Source of the DNA: Gemmatimonadota bacterium
GTDB taxonomy: Bacteria; Gemmatimonadota; Gemmatimonadetes; Gemmatimonadales; Gemmatimonadaceae
Length of the DNA: 64,000 nucleotides
Assembly (NCBI GenBank): GCA_031372565.1
Contig: JANMLN010000032.1
Span: 1 to 64,000 of the forward strand
Direction: 5' to 3'
Position numbers and translations under genes: made by a program. Below, in pieces: positions 18,014-30,655 of the stretch; within the stretch, counting starts at the first letter, position 1, and every line of letters begins with the position of its first letter. The notes under the pieces are model-generated. The model did no database searches, was not told the DNA's origin, and was given only the letters and a program-made list of their open reading frames with translations.

Positions 18014-20419
18014 GTGAGCGACCTCCGCGAGCAGTTGCAACGCGCCCTCGGCGCTGCCTACTCCATCGAGCGCGAACTCGGCGGCGGCGGGATGTCGCGC
18101 GTCTTCCTCGCCCGCGAACGCCAGCTCAACCGCGAAGTCGTGGTGAAGGTGCTCTCGGCTGACCTGGCCGGCGGCGTGAGCGTCGAGCGGTTCGGTCGCG
18201 AGATTCAGCTTGCAGCGTCGCTCAGTCAGGCGAACATCGTGCCGCTGCTCGCCGCGGGTGACGCGGACGGTGTTCCGTACTTCACCATGCCTTACGTGCA
18301 AGGCGAGTCGTTGCGCGGGCGATTGGCCACGGGCGCGCCGCTTCCGACCGGCGAGTGCATCGGCATCGTGCGCGATGTGGCGCGTGCGCTGAGCTACGCG
18401 CATGCGCGCGGCATCGTGCACCGCGACATCAAGCCCGACAACGTGCTGCTGTCGCACGGCGCAGCGATGGTCTCCGACTTCGGGATCGCCAAGGCCGTCT
18501 CGGCGTCGCGCACCATCGGTGACAGCGCCACGCTCACGCAGGCCGGCACGTCGCTCGGCACGCCCGCCTACATGTCGCCCGAACAGGTGGCGGGCGACGC
18601 GGATGTGGGGCCACGCGCGGACCTGTACGCGTGGGGGTGCCTCGCGTATGAAGTGCTCACGGGGAAGCCGCCGTTCGTGCGCGAGACGGCGCAGCGCGTG
18701 CTCGCGGCGCACCTGTCCGACGCGCCGGCACCGATGGCCCCCGGGCGCGCCGATGTGCCGGTGGCGCTCGAGCGACTCGTGCTCCGGTGTCTGGCGAAGG
18801 AGCCGAGCGAGCGGCCTGCGAGCGCGGACGAGGTGCTGCGCGAGCTCGAGGTGGTCGTGACGCCCAGCGGAATGTCGTCGGAGCGCTCGGCGGCGGGTCG
18901 GGCGGTCCCGACGAAGCCGAAACCGCGAGACCTCGGGCCGATGACGCTCGTGACGGGCGTTGCCGCGCTCGTGGTCGTCGCCGCGCTCGCGTACTGGCCG
19001 AGCGGAGGTGCGCCGTCGAGCGTGGCGTCGATCGCCGCTGTGCCGGATCGCTCGATTGCCGTGCTCCCACTCGCAAACCTGAGCGGTGACAAGTCGGACG
19101 ACTACTTCGGCATCGGGCTCGCGGAGGAGATGACGCGTGCGTTGTCCAAGACCGGTGTGCGCGTGATCGGGCGCGTGAGCGCGGGCGCGCTCCAGGCCAA
19201 GGGGCTCGACGAGCGCGCCATCGCGCGGGAACTGGGTGTGGGCTCGCTGTTGACCGGCAGCGTGCAGCGTGCGGCGGGACAGGTGCGCATCAACGTCTCG
19301 TTGGTGTCGGCGGCGGATGGCGCAGTGCGCTGGACGGAGAAGTACGACCGACCGATCGCGAACGTGTTTGCGGTGCAGGACGAGATCGCGACGGCGGTCG
19401 CTGGCAAGCTGCTCGGGTCGCTCGGTGGTGGCGCGCCGCGCGCGACGAAGGTGGAAACGACCGACCCCGAGGCATACGCGCTCTTTCTCCAAGGGCAGGT
19501 GTTGTTCAACCGGCGGACCCCCAAGACGCTGCAACAGGCGATTGACGTGTACACGCGAGCTGTCAGGCGCGATCCGTCGTACGCGCGTGCGCATGCGATG
19601 CTGGCGATGGCGCAGTCGGTGCTGCCCAACTACACGGACGTCCCATCGGAGGACTCCCGCGCGCTCGTGATGCAGAGCGCCGGGCGGGCCATCTCGATCG
19701 ACTCGACGATCGCCGAGGCATACACGGGGTTGGCGAACAGTCAACAGCTCACCGGGCGACACCGCGAGGCCGACTCGCTCTTCCGGCGGTCAATCGCGCT
19801 CGACTCCACCGTCGCGACGACCTGGGGGTGGTACGGTTTGCTCGCAAACCACCGGGGCGATTTCGCGATCGCGCACGAGCGCGTGGCACGCGCACGCGCG
19901 CTTGAACCCGCGTCCCTGATCGCGCGGACGTGGGACGCGCAGACCTTCCTCACGGAGAGGCGGTATCGCGAGGTGGATTCTGCGACGGCGAGCATCATCG
20001 CGCTCGACTCGAGCTTCGCGCTGGTGTGGACTTGCCGTGCAGAGGGGATGCTGTTCGACGGACGTGCGAGCGAGGCCGTGGCCCTGCTCGAACGTCGCAG
20101 CGCACTGACGCCGGACGACCGACGCAACGAAGGCCGCGCGCTGCTGGCGCTGGCCTACGTGAAGACGGGGCAGCCGCTCAAGGCACGCGCGCTGCTCGGG
20201 ACGCTGCTGATCAACTCCGAGGGGCGTCCCTCGACGTCGGCGCTGCTGTCGAGCGTGTCGGAGGCGCTTGGCGACCGCGCCGCCGCACTCGTGCAGCTGG
20301 AGCGGTCGGTCACGGCGCGAGATGGGTGGCTCACCCAGTTCTCGCGGGGCGAGCGATATGATGCGCTGCGCAAGGATCCGCGCGGGGCGGCGCTGCTCGC
20401 GAAGGTGGAGTCGTGGTGA
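18014..20419 (+). CDS. Ser/Thr kinase with TM, TolB-N/FlgO-like domain and TPR repeats
   Basis: LGGGGMSRV, VVVK, HRDIKPDN, DFG, GTPAYMSPE; SIAVLPLANLS; PEAYALFLQG; helical repeats; ends LRKDPR. Confidence 0.94.
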   Translation: MSDLREQLQRALGAAYSIERELGGGGMSRVFLARERQLNREVVVKVLSADLAGGVSVERFGREIQLAASLSQANIVPLLAAGDADGVPYFTMPYVQGESLRGRLATGAPLPTGECIGIVRDVARALSYAHARGIVHRDIKPDNVLLSHGAAMVSDFGIAKAVSASRTIGDSATLTQAGTSLGTPAYMSPEQVAGDADVGPRADLYAWGCLAYEVLTGKPPFVRETAQRVLAAHLSDAPAPMAPGRADVPVALERLVLRCLAKEPSERPASADEVLRELEVVVTPSGMSSERSAAGRAVPTKPKPRDLGPMTLVTGVAALVVVAALAYWPSGGAPSSVASIAAVPDRSIAVLPLANLSGDKSDDYFGIGLAEEMTRALSKTGVRVIGRVSAGALQAKGLDERAIARELGVGSLLTGSVQRAAGQVRINVSLVSAADGAVRWTEKYDRPIANVFAVQDEIATAVAGKLLGSLGGGAPRATKVETTDPEAYALFLQGQVLFNRRTPKTLQQAIDVYTRAVRRDPSYARAHAMLAMAQSVLPNYTDVPSEDSRALVMQSAGRAISIDSTIAEAYTGLANSQQLTGRHREADSLFRRSIALDSTVATTWGWYGLLANHRGDFAIAHERVARARALEPASLIARTWDAQTFLTERRYREVDSATASIIALDSSFALVWTCRAEGMLFDGRASEAVALLERRSALTPDDRRNEGRALLALAYVKTGQPLKARALLGTLLINSEGRPSTSALLSSVSEALGDRAAALVQLERSVTARDGWLTQFSRGERYDALRKDPRGAALLAKVESW

Positions 20420-20426
20420 CGGGCGC

Positions 20427-20575
20427 ATGAGCGAGCTCAGTCGCGACGGCAACAAGCAGGTCCTTCGCTTCGCTCAGGACGACGGGGGGGCGGGGAGCGC
20501 GTACGCCGTGCGGCGCGAGCGGGGCGGCGGTGGCATGTTGCGCGTCTCACTCGTGCGCGACGAATCGCTCGCCAC

Positions 20576-20579
<4 letters not shown>
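20427..20579 (+). pseudogene. 50-aa micro-ORF: decayed kinase N-terminus carrying an in-frame REP-like insert
   Basis: GSAYAVRRERGGGGMLRVSLVRDESL aligns with GAAYSIERELGGGGMSRVFLARERQL of the upstream kinase; its TGA overlaps the next GTG. Confidence 0.6.
20452..20487 (+). repeat. REP-like dispersed repeat, copy 1
   Basis: acaagcaggtccttcgcttcgctcaggacgacgggg; 35/36 identical to 22979-23014. Confidence 0.88.
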
Positions 20580-22962
<2,383 letters not shown>

Positions 22963-22966
<4 letters not shown>

Positions 22967-23586
22967 GTGACGGCACGGACAGGCAGGTCCTTCGCTTCGC
23001 TCAGGACGACGGGGAGCGCAGTCCATCCGGCATCCTGGTGGTTGCGGCCACGGCGCGCGAACTCGCGCCCGCGAACGGCTGGCGCACGCTCGTGTGCGGC
23101 GTGGGCCCGGTGGAAGCCGCGGCGGCGACGGCGGCGGCCATCGCGCTCCATCGACCGAAGGCGATGCTGCATGTCGGGATTGCCGGCAGTCGGCGCGTGC
23201 CGACGCTCATGCCACCCGCGCTCGTGATCGGCGCCGAATCCGCGTACGGCGACATGGATGCGACGAACCGATTCGCACCGCGCGCACTGCACGCGTCACC
23301 CGCGTTGCTCCACGCCGCGCAGCGCGTGCTGCCGCACGCGGTGGTGCTCACGATCGGTACGAGCGCGCGTGTCGGCGGAACGCGTGACTGCGACGTGGAG
23401 TCCATGGAGGGTTTCGCCGTGCTGCGCGCGGCCCAACTGGCCGGCGTTCCCGCCATCGAGGTCCGCGCCATATCGAACGAGATCGCCGAGCCCGATCGTG
23501 CGCGATGGCACTTTGAGGAAGCCTTCGCGGCGATCGTCGCCGCGACGCCCGCCCTCGTACAGGAATTCGCCCGATGCGTGAACTGA
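22963..23586 (+). CDS. mqnB: Futalosine hydrolase-like nucleosidase
   Basis: ILVVAATARE, GVGPVEAA, VGIAG, ESMEG, EVRAISN; lies directly before mqnD. GTG 22963 overlaps the kinase stop and follows GGAGGGG. Confidence 0.82.
22979..23014 (+). repeat. REP-like dispersed repeat, copy 2
   Basis: acaggcaggtccttcgcttcgctcaggacgacgggg. Confidence 0.88.
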
Positions 23587-24356
23587 CCTTCGGCTTTTCG
23601 CCCTGCCCGAACGACACCTTTGCCTTTCACGCGCTGGTGCACGGGCTCGTCGATGCGCCCTTTACCGTGCGGCCGGTGCTGCTCGACATCGAGGAACTGA
23701 ACCGGCGTGCGCACACGGGCGAACTCGACCTGACCAAGATCAGCGTCGGGGCCTTCGCCGGGATCGGTGACGGCTATCGCATGCTCCGGAGTGGTGCGGC
23801 CCTCGGACTGGGGGTCGGTCCGCTCGTGGTCGCGCGCGAGGCGATGTCGCTCGAGCACGCCATGAAGGGCACGGTCGCGATTCCCGGGCGAGAGACCACG
23901 GCGTACCGGCTGCTGCGGCTCGCATCTCCCGCGATCGATACGGTGGTCGAGCTGCGCTATGACCGGATCCTGCACGCCGTCGAGAGCGGTGAAGTCGACG
24001 CGGGGCTCATCATCCACGAGAGTCGCTTCACCTACCAGGATCACGGGCTCGTGAAAGTGATGGACCTGGGCGACTGGTGGGAGCATGACACCGGACTGCC
24101 GGTGCCGCTGGCGGGCATCTGTGCGCGCGCGGATCTCGATGACGCGACGGTGATCGCCGCCGACCACGCCATTCGCACCTCGGTGCAGTACGCGTTCGAC
24201 AATCGCGAGGCGAGCCGCGCGTATGTGCGCGCGCATTCGCAGGAGCTGTCAGATGCCGTGTGCGACCAGCATATCGCGCTGTACGTGAACGAGTACAGCC
24301 TCGATGTGGGGGAGGATGGGTTGCTGGCGATCGCGCGGTTGGTGTCGAGTGGCTGA
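23574..24356 (+). CDS. mqnD: 1,4-dihydroxy-6-naphthoate synthase
   Basis: GFSPCPNDTF, DIEELN, GAALGLGVGP, IIHESRFTY, DLGDWWE, HIALYVNEYS. Confidence 0.95.
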   Translation: MRELTFGFSPCPNDTFAFHALVHGLVDAPFTVRPVLLDIEELNRRAHTGELDLTKISVGAFAGIGDGYRMLRSGAALGLGVGPLVVAREAMSLEHAMKGTVAIPGRETTAYRLLRLASPAIDTVVELRYDRILHAVESGEVDAGLIIHESRFTYQDHGLVKVMDLGDWWEHDTGLPVPLAGICARADLDDATVIAADHAIRTSVQYAFDNREASRAYVRAHSQELSDAVCDQHIALYVNEYSLDVGEDGLLAIARLVSSG

Positions 24357-24369
24357 GAGGCGCTCGCGG

Positions 24370-25437
24370 ATGATGCAGTGCGCCGCCGTCGTCCTGCTTG
24401 TGCTGCCAGCGACGGGCGACGCGCAGGGGGGGCACGCGAACTCCGCACGCCGCGAGCCGATCATCGACATGCACCTCCACGCGAAGCTGGCGACGGCCTA
24501 CGGCGCCACCGGTCTCCCGCTCTGCGCGCCGATGGTGTCGATTCCCGTGTGGGATCAGCGCTATCCCGTGAGCGAGGGCCCCAACACGAAGCCCACGTGC
24601 CGCACGCCGCTCATCTCCCCGGCTACGGACGCCGAGGTGCGTGACGGCACGATCGCGCGCATGACGCGCTACAACATCTTCGGCGTGCTCGGCGGCACGC
24701 CCGCGCTGGTCGCCGAGTGGCAGCGTGCGGCGCCCGGGCGGTTCATGGCCGGGCTCGACGTGCGCTTTGATCCGGTGACAGCAGCCGGTTTCGCGTCAAC
24801 GCCCGCCGGTGCGCCCGTGCATCCCATGCCGCCGGATTCGATTCGCGCGTTGCATGTACGTGGTGGACTGTCCGTGCTGGCCGAGCTCTCCAACCAGTAC
24901 GCGGGTATCTCGCCGGATGACCCGCGGCTCGATGCGTACTTCGCGATGGCCGAAGCGTTGGACGTGCCGGTCGGCATTCACCTGGATGGCGGTGGGCCTG
25001 GCGCGGCGTACAACGGCACGCCCGGCTACCGTGCGCGCTTGCAGAACCCGTTCACGCTCGAGGAGGTGCTGCTCAAGCACCCCAAGCTGCGGCTGTACAT
25101 CATGCACGCCGCCTTCCCGATGATCGAGCCGCTGGAAGCGATGCTGCTCGCGCATCCGCAGGTGTACGTCGAGCTCGGCTACATCGCGAGCGTGGAACCT
25201 CGGCCGGCGTACTACCGGTTCTTGCGTCGCTTGGTGGAAGACGGCTTCGGTGCGCGCATCATGTTCGGGTCGGACCAGATGATCTGGCCGGGGATGATCG
25301 ACGAGGCAGTCCGTGCGCTCGAGCAGGCCAATTTCCTGACGCAGGCGCAGAAGCGCGACATCTTCTACAACAATGCGGCGCGGTTTCTGCGGCTCACGAC
25401 CGAGGAGATCGCGCGACATCGCGGGCGGACGCGATGA
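24370..25437 (+). CDS. Secreted amidohydrolase-superfamily protein (Amidohydro_2-like)
   Basis: Signal-like N-terminus; IDMHLH, VPVGIH, IMHA, MFGSDQ, IFYNNAARFL. Confidence 0.85.
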   Translation: MMQCAAVVLLVLPATGDAQGGHANSARREPIIDMHLHAKLATAYGATGLPLCAPMVSIPVWDQRYPVSEGPNTKPTCRTPLISPATDAEVRDGTIARMTRYNIFGVLGGTPALVAEWQRAAPGRFMAGLDVRFDPVTAAGFASTPAGAPVHPMPPDSIRALHVRGGLSVLAELSNQYAGISPDDPRLDAYFAMAEALDVPVGIHLDGGGPGAAYNGTPGYRARLQNPFTLEEVLLKHPKLRLYIMHAAFPMIEPLEAMLLAHPQVYVELGYIASVEPRPAYYRFLRRLVEDGFGARIMFGSDQMIWPGMIDEAVRALEQANFLTQAQKRDIFYNNAARFLRLTTEEIARHRGRTR

Positions 25438-25449
25438 GCGGCGGGATCG

Positions 25450-25483
25450 ACACGCGGGTCCTTCGGTCCGCTCCGGATGACGG
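25450..25483 (+). repeat. REP-like dispersed repeat, degenerate copy 3
   Basis: acacgcgggtccttcggtccgctccggatgacgg aligns without gaps to copy 1. Confidence 0.7.
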
Positions 25484-25491
25484 CGAGATGG

Positions 25492-26751
25492 CTACAACCG
25501 GTCGATCATCTCCTGCGTGATCAGCACGGTTCCCTTCTCGGTGCGCCGGAACCGCTTCGCGTCGGCCACCGGATCTTCCCCGACCTGCAGTCCCTCGGGG
25601 ATCTTCACGCCGCGATCCACGACCACGCGCTTGAGCCGCGCCGAGCGCGCGATGTCCACGTAGGGGAGCACCACGGCACCATCCAGGTGCGCGAACGAGT
25701 GCGCCTTCACGCCCGTGAAGAGCAGCGAGTGGTGGACGTGCGCCCCCGACACGATGCAGCCGCCGGAGACAAGCGAATTGAGCGCCTGCCCGCGCCGATG
25801 CGGCTCGTTGTGCACGAACTTGGCCGGCGGCGTGATCTCGCCGTACGTCCAGATCGGCCAGCTCTGTTCGTACAGATCGAGCGAGGGCACCACGCTGGTG
25901 AGGTCGATGTTCGCCTCCCAATACGCGTCAATCGTGCCGACGTCGCGCCAATAGGCCTCCGCTTCGCCGGGTGACTTCACGCACGAGGTCGAGAAGCGGT
26001 GCGCGACCGCCTTGCCGTTGGCCACCACGTACGGAATGATGTCCTTGCCGAAGTCGCGGCTGGACGCGGGATCCGCCGCATCGCGCTTGAGCTGATCGAA
26101 CAGGAAGCTCGTCTTGAAGACGTAGATCCCCATGCTCGCGAGCGCCATCTCGGGGTTGCCCGGAATGCCGGGCGGATCCTTCGGCTTCTCGAGAAAATTC
26201 ACGATGCGATCGTCGGCGTCCACGCCCATGACGCCGAACCCGCTCGCCTCGGAGCGCTTCACTTCCAGACAGCCCACGGTCACGTCGGCCGATTGGTCCA
26301 CGTGCTGCTGCAGCATCAGCTCGTAGTCCATCTTGTACACGTGATCACCCGCGAGGATGATCATGTACTCCGGCCGGTAGCTCTCGATGATGTCGAGGTT
26401 CTGGAACACGGCGTCGGCGGTGCCATCGTACCACTGCGTCTCGCTCACGCGCTGGCTCGCGGGCAGGATGTCGAAGCTCTCGTTGCGCTCCGGCCGCAGG
26501 AAGTTCCAGCCGCGCTGCAGGTGCCGGATCAGCGAGTGCGCCTTGTACTGCGTGGCGACGCCGATGCGGCGGATGCCGGAGTTGAGCGCATTCGACAGCG
26601 CGAAGTCGATGATGCGCGACTTGCCGCCGAAGTACACCGCCGGCTTGGCACGGCTGTTCGTCAACTCGTGCAGGCGGGACCCGCGGCCACCCGCGAGGAC
26701 GTAGGCCATCGTGTTGCGGGCGATGATGCCGCCGCGATTGGGACTCGTCAT
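25492..26751 (-). CDS. glgC: Glucose-1-phosphate adenylyltransferase
   Basis: [58 protein letters not shown]. Confidence 0.97.
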   Translation of the reverse strand: MTSPNRGGIIARNTMAYVLAGGRGSRLHELTNSRAKPAVYFGGKSRIIDFALSNALNSGIRRIGVATQYKAHSLIRHLQRGWNFLRPERNESFDILPASQRVSETQWYDGTADAVFQNLDIIESYRPEYMIILAGDHVYKMDYELMLQQHVDQSADVTVGCLEVKRSEASGFGVMGVDADDRIVNFLEKPKDPPGIPGNPEMALASMGIYVFKTSFLFDQLKRDAADPASSRDFGKDIIPYVVANGKAVAHRFSTSCVKSPGEAEAYWRDVGTIDAYWEANIDLTSVVPSLDLYEQSWPIWTYGEITPPAKFVHNEPHRRGQALNSLVSGGCIVSGAHVHHSLLFTGVKAHSFAHLDGAVVLPYVDIARSARLKRVVVDRGVKIPEGLQVGEDPVADAKRFRRTEKGTVLITQEMIDRL

Positions 26752-26823
26752 GGAAACGTGTGTGCAATCGTGCGAGGAGGGGGCGTCCGGACCGGGTGCG
26801 CGGTGCGCGCGGCGTCCTTCACT

Positions 26824-26852
26824 TTGCACGCTGGTCCGCCGTCGCGTAAGGT
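26824..26852 (+). promoter_or_regulatory. Sigma-70-type promoter of glgA, leaderless-type
   Basis: TTGCAC (26824-26829), 17 nt, TAAGGT (26847-26852), 6 nt, ATG 26859. Confidence 0.6.
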
Positions 26853-26858
26853 TGGGCG

Positions 26859-28301
26859 ATGAGAATTCTCTTCGTTGCCGCCGAAGTGGACCCGTGGGTC
26901 AAGACGGGCGGGCTAGCCGACGTGGCCGGTGCCCTGCCCGCCGCCTTGCGCGCGGCTGGTCATGACGTGCGCGTGGTCATGCCCCGGTACCGCGTCCTGC
27001 GGGAGCGGGGGGTACCCGTGGACGGGCCGGTGGCCGCCGGGTTCCTGCCGATCGGGGAATGGGCCGAGGAACTGCGCGTCTGGAAGCTGGCCGAGGCGGC
27101 CACGCCCACGTGGCTGCTCGATGTTCCCGCCGCATTCGAGCGCGCGGCCATCTACGGTGAAGCGGACGACCATCGCCGGTTCATCCTGTTCGCCCGGGGG
27201 GTGCTGGCCCTCATGCAGCACCTGCGCGAGGTGGACGGCTGGCTCCCCGACGTGGTCCACACGCACGACTGGCACGCGGCCCTCGTTCCCAACTACCTGC
27301 GCACCTACTACGCCTACACGTTCGGGCAAGTCGCCACGGTGCACACGATTCACAATCTCGCGTATCAAGGGGCGTGCAACCCGAGCGTCATGTCGCTCGC
27401 CGGGCTGGCGGAGGCCGGTCACATCGAGAAGACCATGGGGCCGCGCATCGCCGGCTCGTTCAACTTCATGGCGCGCGGGCTGCGCTACAGCGACATCATC
27501 ACCACCGTGAGCCCCACCTACGCCACCGAGATCCACACGCCGGAGTACGGCGAAGGGCTCGACGGTGTGTTGCGCTCGCGCGCCGGGCGTGTCGTGGGGA
27601 TCCTCAACGGCATCGACACCACGACCTTCGATCCGTCCACGGATGTGCACATCGCCGAGTCGTATGACGCGCAGCACATCACCGGCAAGATGGCGTGCAA
27701 GGTCGCGCTGCAGCGGGAACTCGGGCTCGAGCCGTCGCCGCGACGCCCGCTGCTGGGCGTCGTGTCGCGCCTCGTCGACCAGAAGGGATTCGAGCTGCTC
27801 GATGCGGCGCTGCCGTGGCTCATGCGCCATACCGACGCGCAGCTCGTGCTGCTTGGATCTGGGCGGGCGCCGCTGGAGAACGCCTTTCGTGGTCACGCGG
27901 CGACCAACCCGGGACGCGTCGTGGCCCGTATCGGCTTCGACGCCGCGCTCGCGCAACGCATCTACGCCGGGAGCGACGCCTTCCTCATGCCCTCGCGGTT
28001 CGAGCCATGCGGCCTCGGGCAGATGATCGCGCTGCGCTACGGTTCGGTGCCGGTCGTTCGCGCCACCGGCGGCCTGGCGGACACGGTGCGTGAAGGATAC
28101 GAGGGCAACGGCTTCGTCTTCCACCCGTTCGTCGCCGATCACTTCATCGATGCCATCCGGCGCGCCCTGGTCACCTATCGGGACCGTCGAGGCTGGGCCA
28201 CGTTGCGCGCGCGCGGCATGGCCGAGGACAACTCGTGGACGCATGCGGCCCAGCGATATGGCGCGGTGTACGCGCGTGCGGTGCAGCTGGTGGGGCGGTA
28301 A
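26859..28301 (+). CDS. glgA: Glycogen synthase (GT5)
   Basis: [47 protein letters not shown]. Confidence 0.97.
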   Translation: MRILFVAAEVDPWVKTGGLADVAGALPAALRAAGHDVRVVMPRYRVLRERGVPVDGPVAAGFLPIGEWAEELRVWKLAEAATPTWLLDVPAAFERAAIYGEADDHRRFILFARGVLALMQHLREVDGWLPDVVHTHDWHAALVPNYLRTYYAYTFGQVATVHTIHNLAYQGACNPSVMSLAGLAEAGHIEKTMGPRIAGSFNFMARGLRYSDIITTVSPTYATEIHTPEYGEGLDGVLRSRAGRVVGILNGIDTTTFDPSTDVHIAESYDAQHITGKMACKVALQRELGLEPSPRRPLLGVVSRLVDQKGFELLDAALPWLMRHTDAQLVLLGSGRAPLENAFRGHAATNPGRVVARIGFDAALAQRIYAGSDAFLMPSRFEPCGLGQMIALRYGSVPVVRATGGLADTVREGYEGNGFVFHPFVADHFIDAIRRALVTYRDRRGWATLRARGMAEDNSWTHAAQRYGAVYARAVQLVGR

Positions 28302-28331
28302 CGCCGGACGGGTGCCAACCGGGGCGGCGCG

Positions 28332-28793
28332 CTAGCTGTCGGAGACGGTGCCGGCGAAGGTGCGCAGCTTGTCCACGAGCTCGTGCAGCTGCTTCTCGGT
28401 CAGCTCGATCTCCTGCGCGGCGCCGTCGACGTCGAGCAGCCCGGCGCGCATGCTCACCGACACCTGGTTCAGGTAGCGGATCTTCGAGAGCACTTCGTCC
28501 GTCGCGCGGCGCAGTCCCTTGAACTGCCGCTTCTCGGCCAACGCCCGGCGATAGCGCGCCGCCAACTGCTCGAGATTGAGCGCCTTGGCGCGGGCAATGA
28601 CGTCGTCGCGCGACGAGCCGGTGAGCGCGCCGCGATCGGGCACGCCGGCATCGTCCCACGCTTCATCGGCAAACCAGAGCCGCCCGACAAACTCGATGCC
28701 ATCGAACACGATGCGCGCGCTCACCTGGATGCGCTTGTAGTCGTGCTCGAACGACGCGATGTGCGGCTGGGTGATGTCGTCGAATCGGGGCAT
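28332..28793 (-). CDS. Hypothetical protein (beta-rich N-terminus, helical C-terminus)
   Basis: Normal globular composition from MPRFDDITQP; 7 nt downstream of the hydrolase stop. Confidence 0.75.
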   Translation of the reverse strand: MPRFDDITQPHIASFEHDYKRIQVSARIVFDGIEFVGRLWFADEAWDDAGVPDRGALTGSSRDDVIARAKALNLEQLAARYRRALAEKRQFKGLRRATDEVLSKIRYLNQVSVSMRAGLLDVDGAAQEIELTEKQLHELVDKLRTFAGTVSDS

Positions 28794-28800
28794 GGGCGGC

Positions 28801-29724
28801 TCAGCCAGCGAGGAAGCGATCCAGTGCGGCGAACAGCGGACCCGGCGCCTCGACGTACGGCACGTGACCCGCATCGGGAATGACGACGTACTCCGCCCCC
28901 AAGGCACGCGCGCACGCTGCGCTCGACGCTTCGGGGATCGGGTCGGCCGCGCCGTGAACGACGAGTGACGGGATCCGCAATCCGTCGAGTATCGGCAGGA
29001 GATCGAACGCGCCGAGGCTCTCCCAGACCGACTGCTGCACCCGGCCCGTCACCCTGAAGGGGGTCAGGTCGCGCGCGCGGCGGGGATCGGCGAAGTAGCC
29101 CGCCACGGACAGCTCGAATGCCCGCTGCCGATACCCGTCCGGGTCGCGCTCCCGAAGGCCCGAGGCCGCCAATGCCTCACGCAGCTTCACGACGGTCGGC
29201 CCCTTCATGCGCGCACTGAACTCCGCCTCGAACGCATCGCGCCATGCGCGCGTGAGTGGCGCCGGGTTGAGCAGCGCGAGCCGGCTCGGGCGCATGCGCG
29301 GCGCGTCGGTCGTCGGAGCGGCGGAGGTGCCTGCGGGCACGAGCGCTGCCGGCAGCGGACGCGCAAAGGCGTCGGCCGTCGCCAGCATCGCCAGCATCGC
29401 GCCCCAGGAGTATCCCACCACTGGCACCGCCTGCAGCTCGAGCTCGGCCATCACGCCGTGAAAGTCGTCGACGTGGGTGCGCCAGGTGATCGGGGATGTG
29501 TCATCGACCTTCGACTTGCCGCCGCCACGCTGGTCGTACATGACCAACTGGTACGTCTCGGCCAGATGCAGCATCTGCGGCAGCAGATAGTCGAGGTGCG
29601 CCCCCGGTCCGCCATGGAGCAGCACCACGGTGGGCGCATCGCTCCGCCCCCACGACGCCCAGTACAGCGGCACGGCGGTCATGGTCGTCAGCCCTTCGCG
29701 AGCGGGATCCGGAATGGCAAGCAT
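28801..29724 (-). CDS. Alpha/beta hydrolase, proline-iminopeptidase-like
   Basis: LHGGPG, YDQRGGG, GYSWG nucleophile elbow, GAADP, GHVPY. Confidence 0.9.
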   Translation of the reverse strand: MLAIPDPAREGLTTMTAVPLYWASWGRSDAPTVVLLHGGPGAHLDYLLPQMLHLAETYQLVMYDQRGGGKSKVDDTSPITWRTHVDDFHGVMAELELQAVPVVGYSWGAMLAMLATADAFARPLPAALVPAGTSAAPTTDAPRMRPSRLALLNPAPLTRAWRDAFEAEFSARMKGPTVVKLREALAASGLRERDPDGYRQRAFELSVAGYFADPRRARDLTPFRVTGRVQQSVWESLGAFDLLPILDGLRIPSLVVHGAADPIPEASSAACARALGAEYVVIPDAGHVPYVEAPGPLFAALDRFLAG

Positions 29725-29725
29725 G

Positions 29726-30631
29726 TCAGGCAGCGTAGCGGGACGCGATGTCGACGGTGTTCAGGTGCACGTTCACGGTGGTCTGCACGTCGTGGCCGTA
29801 GCCGCCGGCGATCGTGAGGCAGACCGGCAGGCCCACCGAGCGGCAGGCGTCGAGCACGACGGTATCCCGTCGCTTGAGGCCATCGTACGTGAGCTTGAGT
29901 CGCCCGAGCCGGTCGCCCTCGTGCGGATCCGCGCCAGCCAGATAGACCACGAGATCGGCGCGCGCCGCGTGGAGCACCTCGGGCAGCGCCTGCTCCAATG
30001 CCGAAAGGTACACGTCATCGGGGCACCCGTCGGCCAGCTCGATGTCGCGCGACCCCGCCACCTTGCGGAAGGGGTAGTTCTTCCCGCCGTGCATGCTGAA
30101 GGTGTAGACGGTGGGATCGCCGGAAAAGATGGCATGCGTGCCGTTGCCCTGGTGCACGTCGAGGTCCACGACGACGGCGCGCATGATGCGGCCGTCGCGC
30201 TGGAGCAGGCGAATGGCCACGGCCACGTCGTTGAAGACGCAGAACCCCTCGCCATGGTCGGCGAAGGCGTGGTGGGTCCCCCCAGCCAGGTTCATCGCGA
30301 CGCCGTGGTCGAGCGCCGCGCGTGCCGCCTCGCACGTGCCCCCCACCGCGCGAAAGGCACGCTCGACCAGCGCGTCGGACCAGGGGAAGCCGAGCTGCCG
30401 TTGCTCCTGCTCGTCGAGCGCTCCGCGTTCGAACCGCGCGACGTACTCGCGCGTGTGCACCAGCTCGATCGCGTCACGTGCTGCGCGCGCGGGCTCGTGC
30501 AGGGTCGCGTCACTCACGAGGCCGCGCGCCAGCACCGCATCGCGGAGCAAAGTGTACTTCGCGATCGGGAAGCGATGCCCGTCCGGCAGGGGGATCGCGT
30601 AGTGCGCCGAACTCCAGCAGTGGAGTGGCAC
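29726..30631 (-). CDS. Histone deacetylase-family (Zn-dependent deacylase) protein
   Basis: HRFP, AGGTHHA, GFCVFND, DLDVHQGNGT, GADPH, GGY. Confidence 0.93.
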   Translation of the reverse strand: MPLHCWSSAHYAIPLPDGHRFPIAKYTLLRDAVLARGLVSDATLHEPARAARDAIELVHTREYVARFERGALDEQEQRQLGFPWSDALVERAFRAVGGTCEAARAALDHGVAMNLAGGTHHAFADHGEGFCVFNDVAVAIRLLQRDGRIMRAVVVDLDVHQGNGTHAIFSGDPTVYTFSMHGGKNYPFRKVAGSRDIELADGCPDDVYLSALEQALPEVLHAARADLVVYLAGADPHEGDRLGRLKLTYDGLKRRDTVVLDACRSVGLPVCLTIAGGYGHDVQTTVNVHLNTVDIASRYAA

Positions 30632-30655
30632 GCCAGGCGTCCTCCAGCCGTCCGC

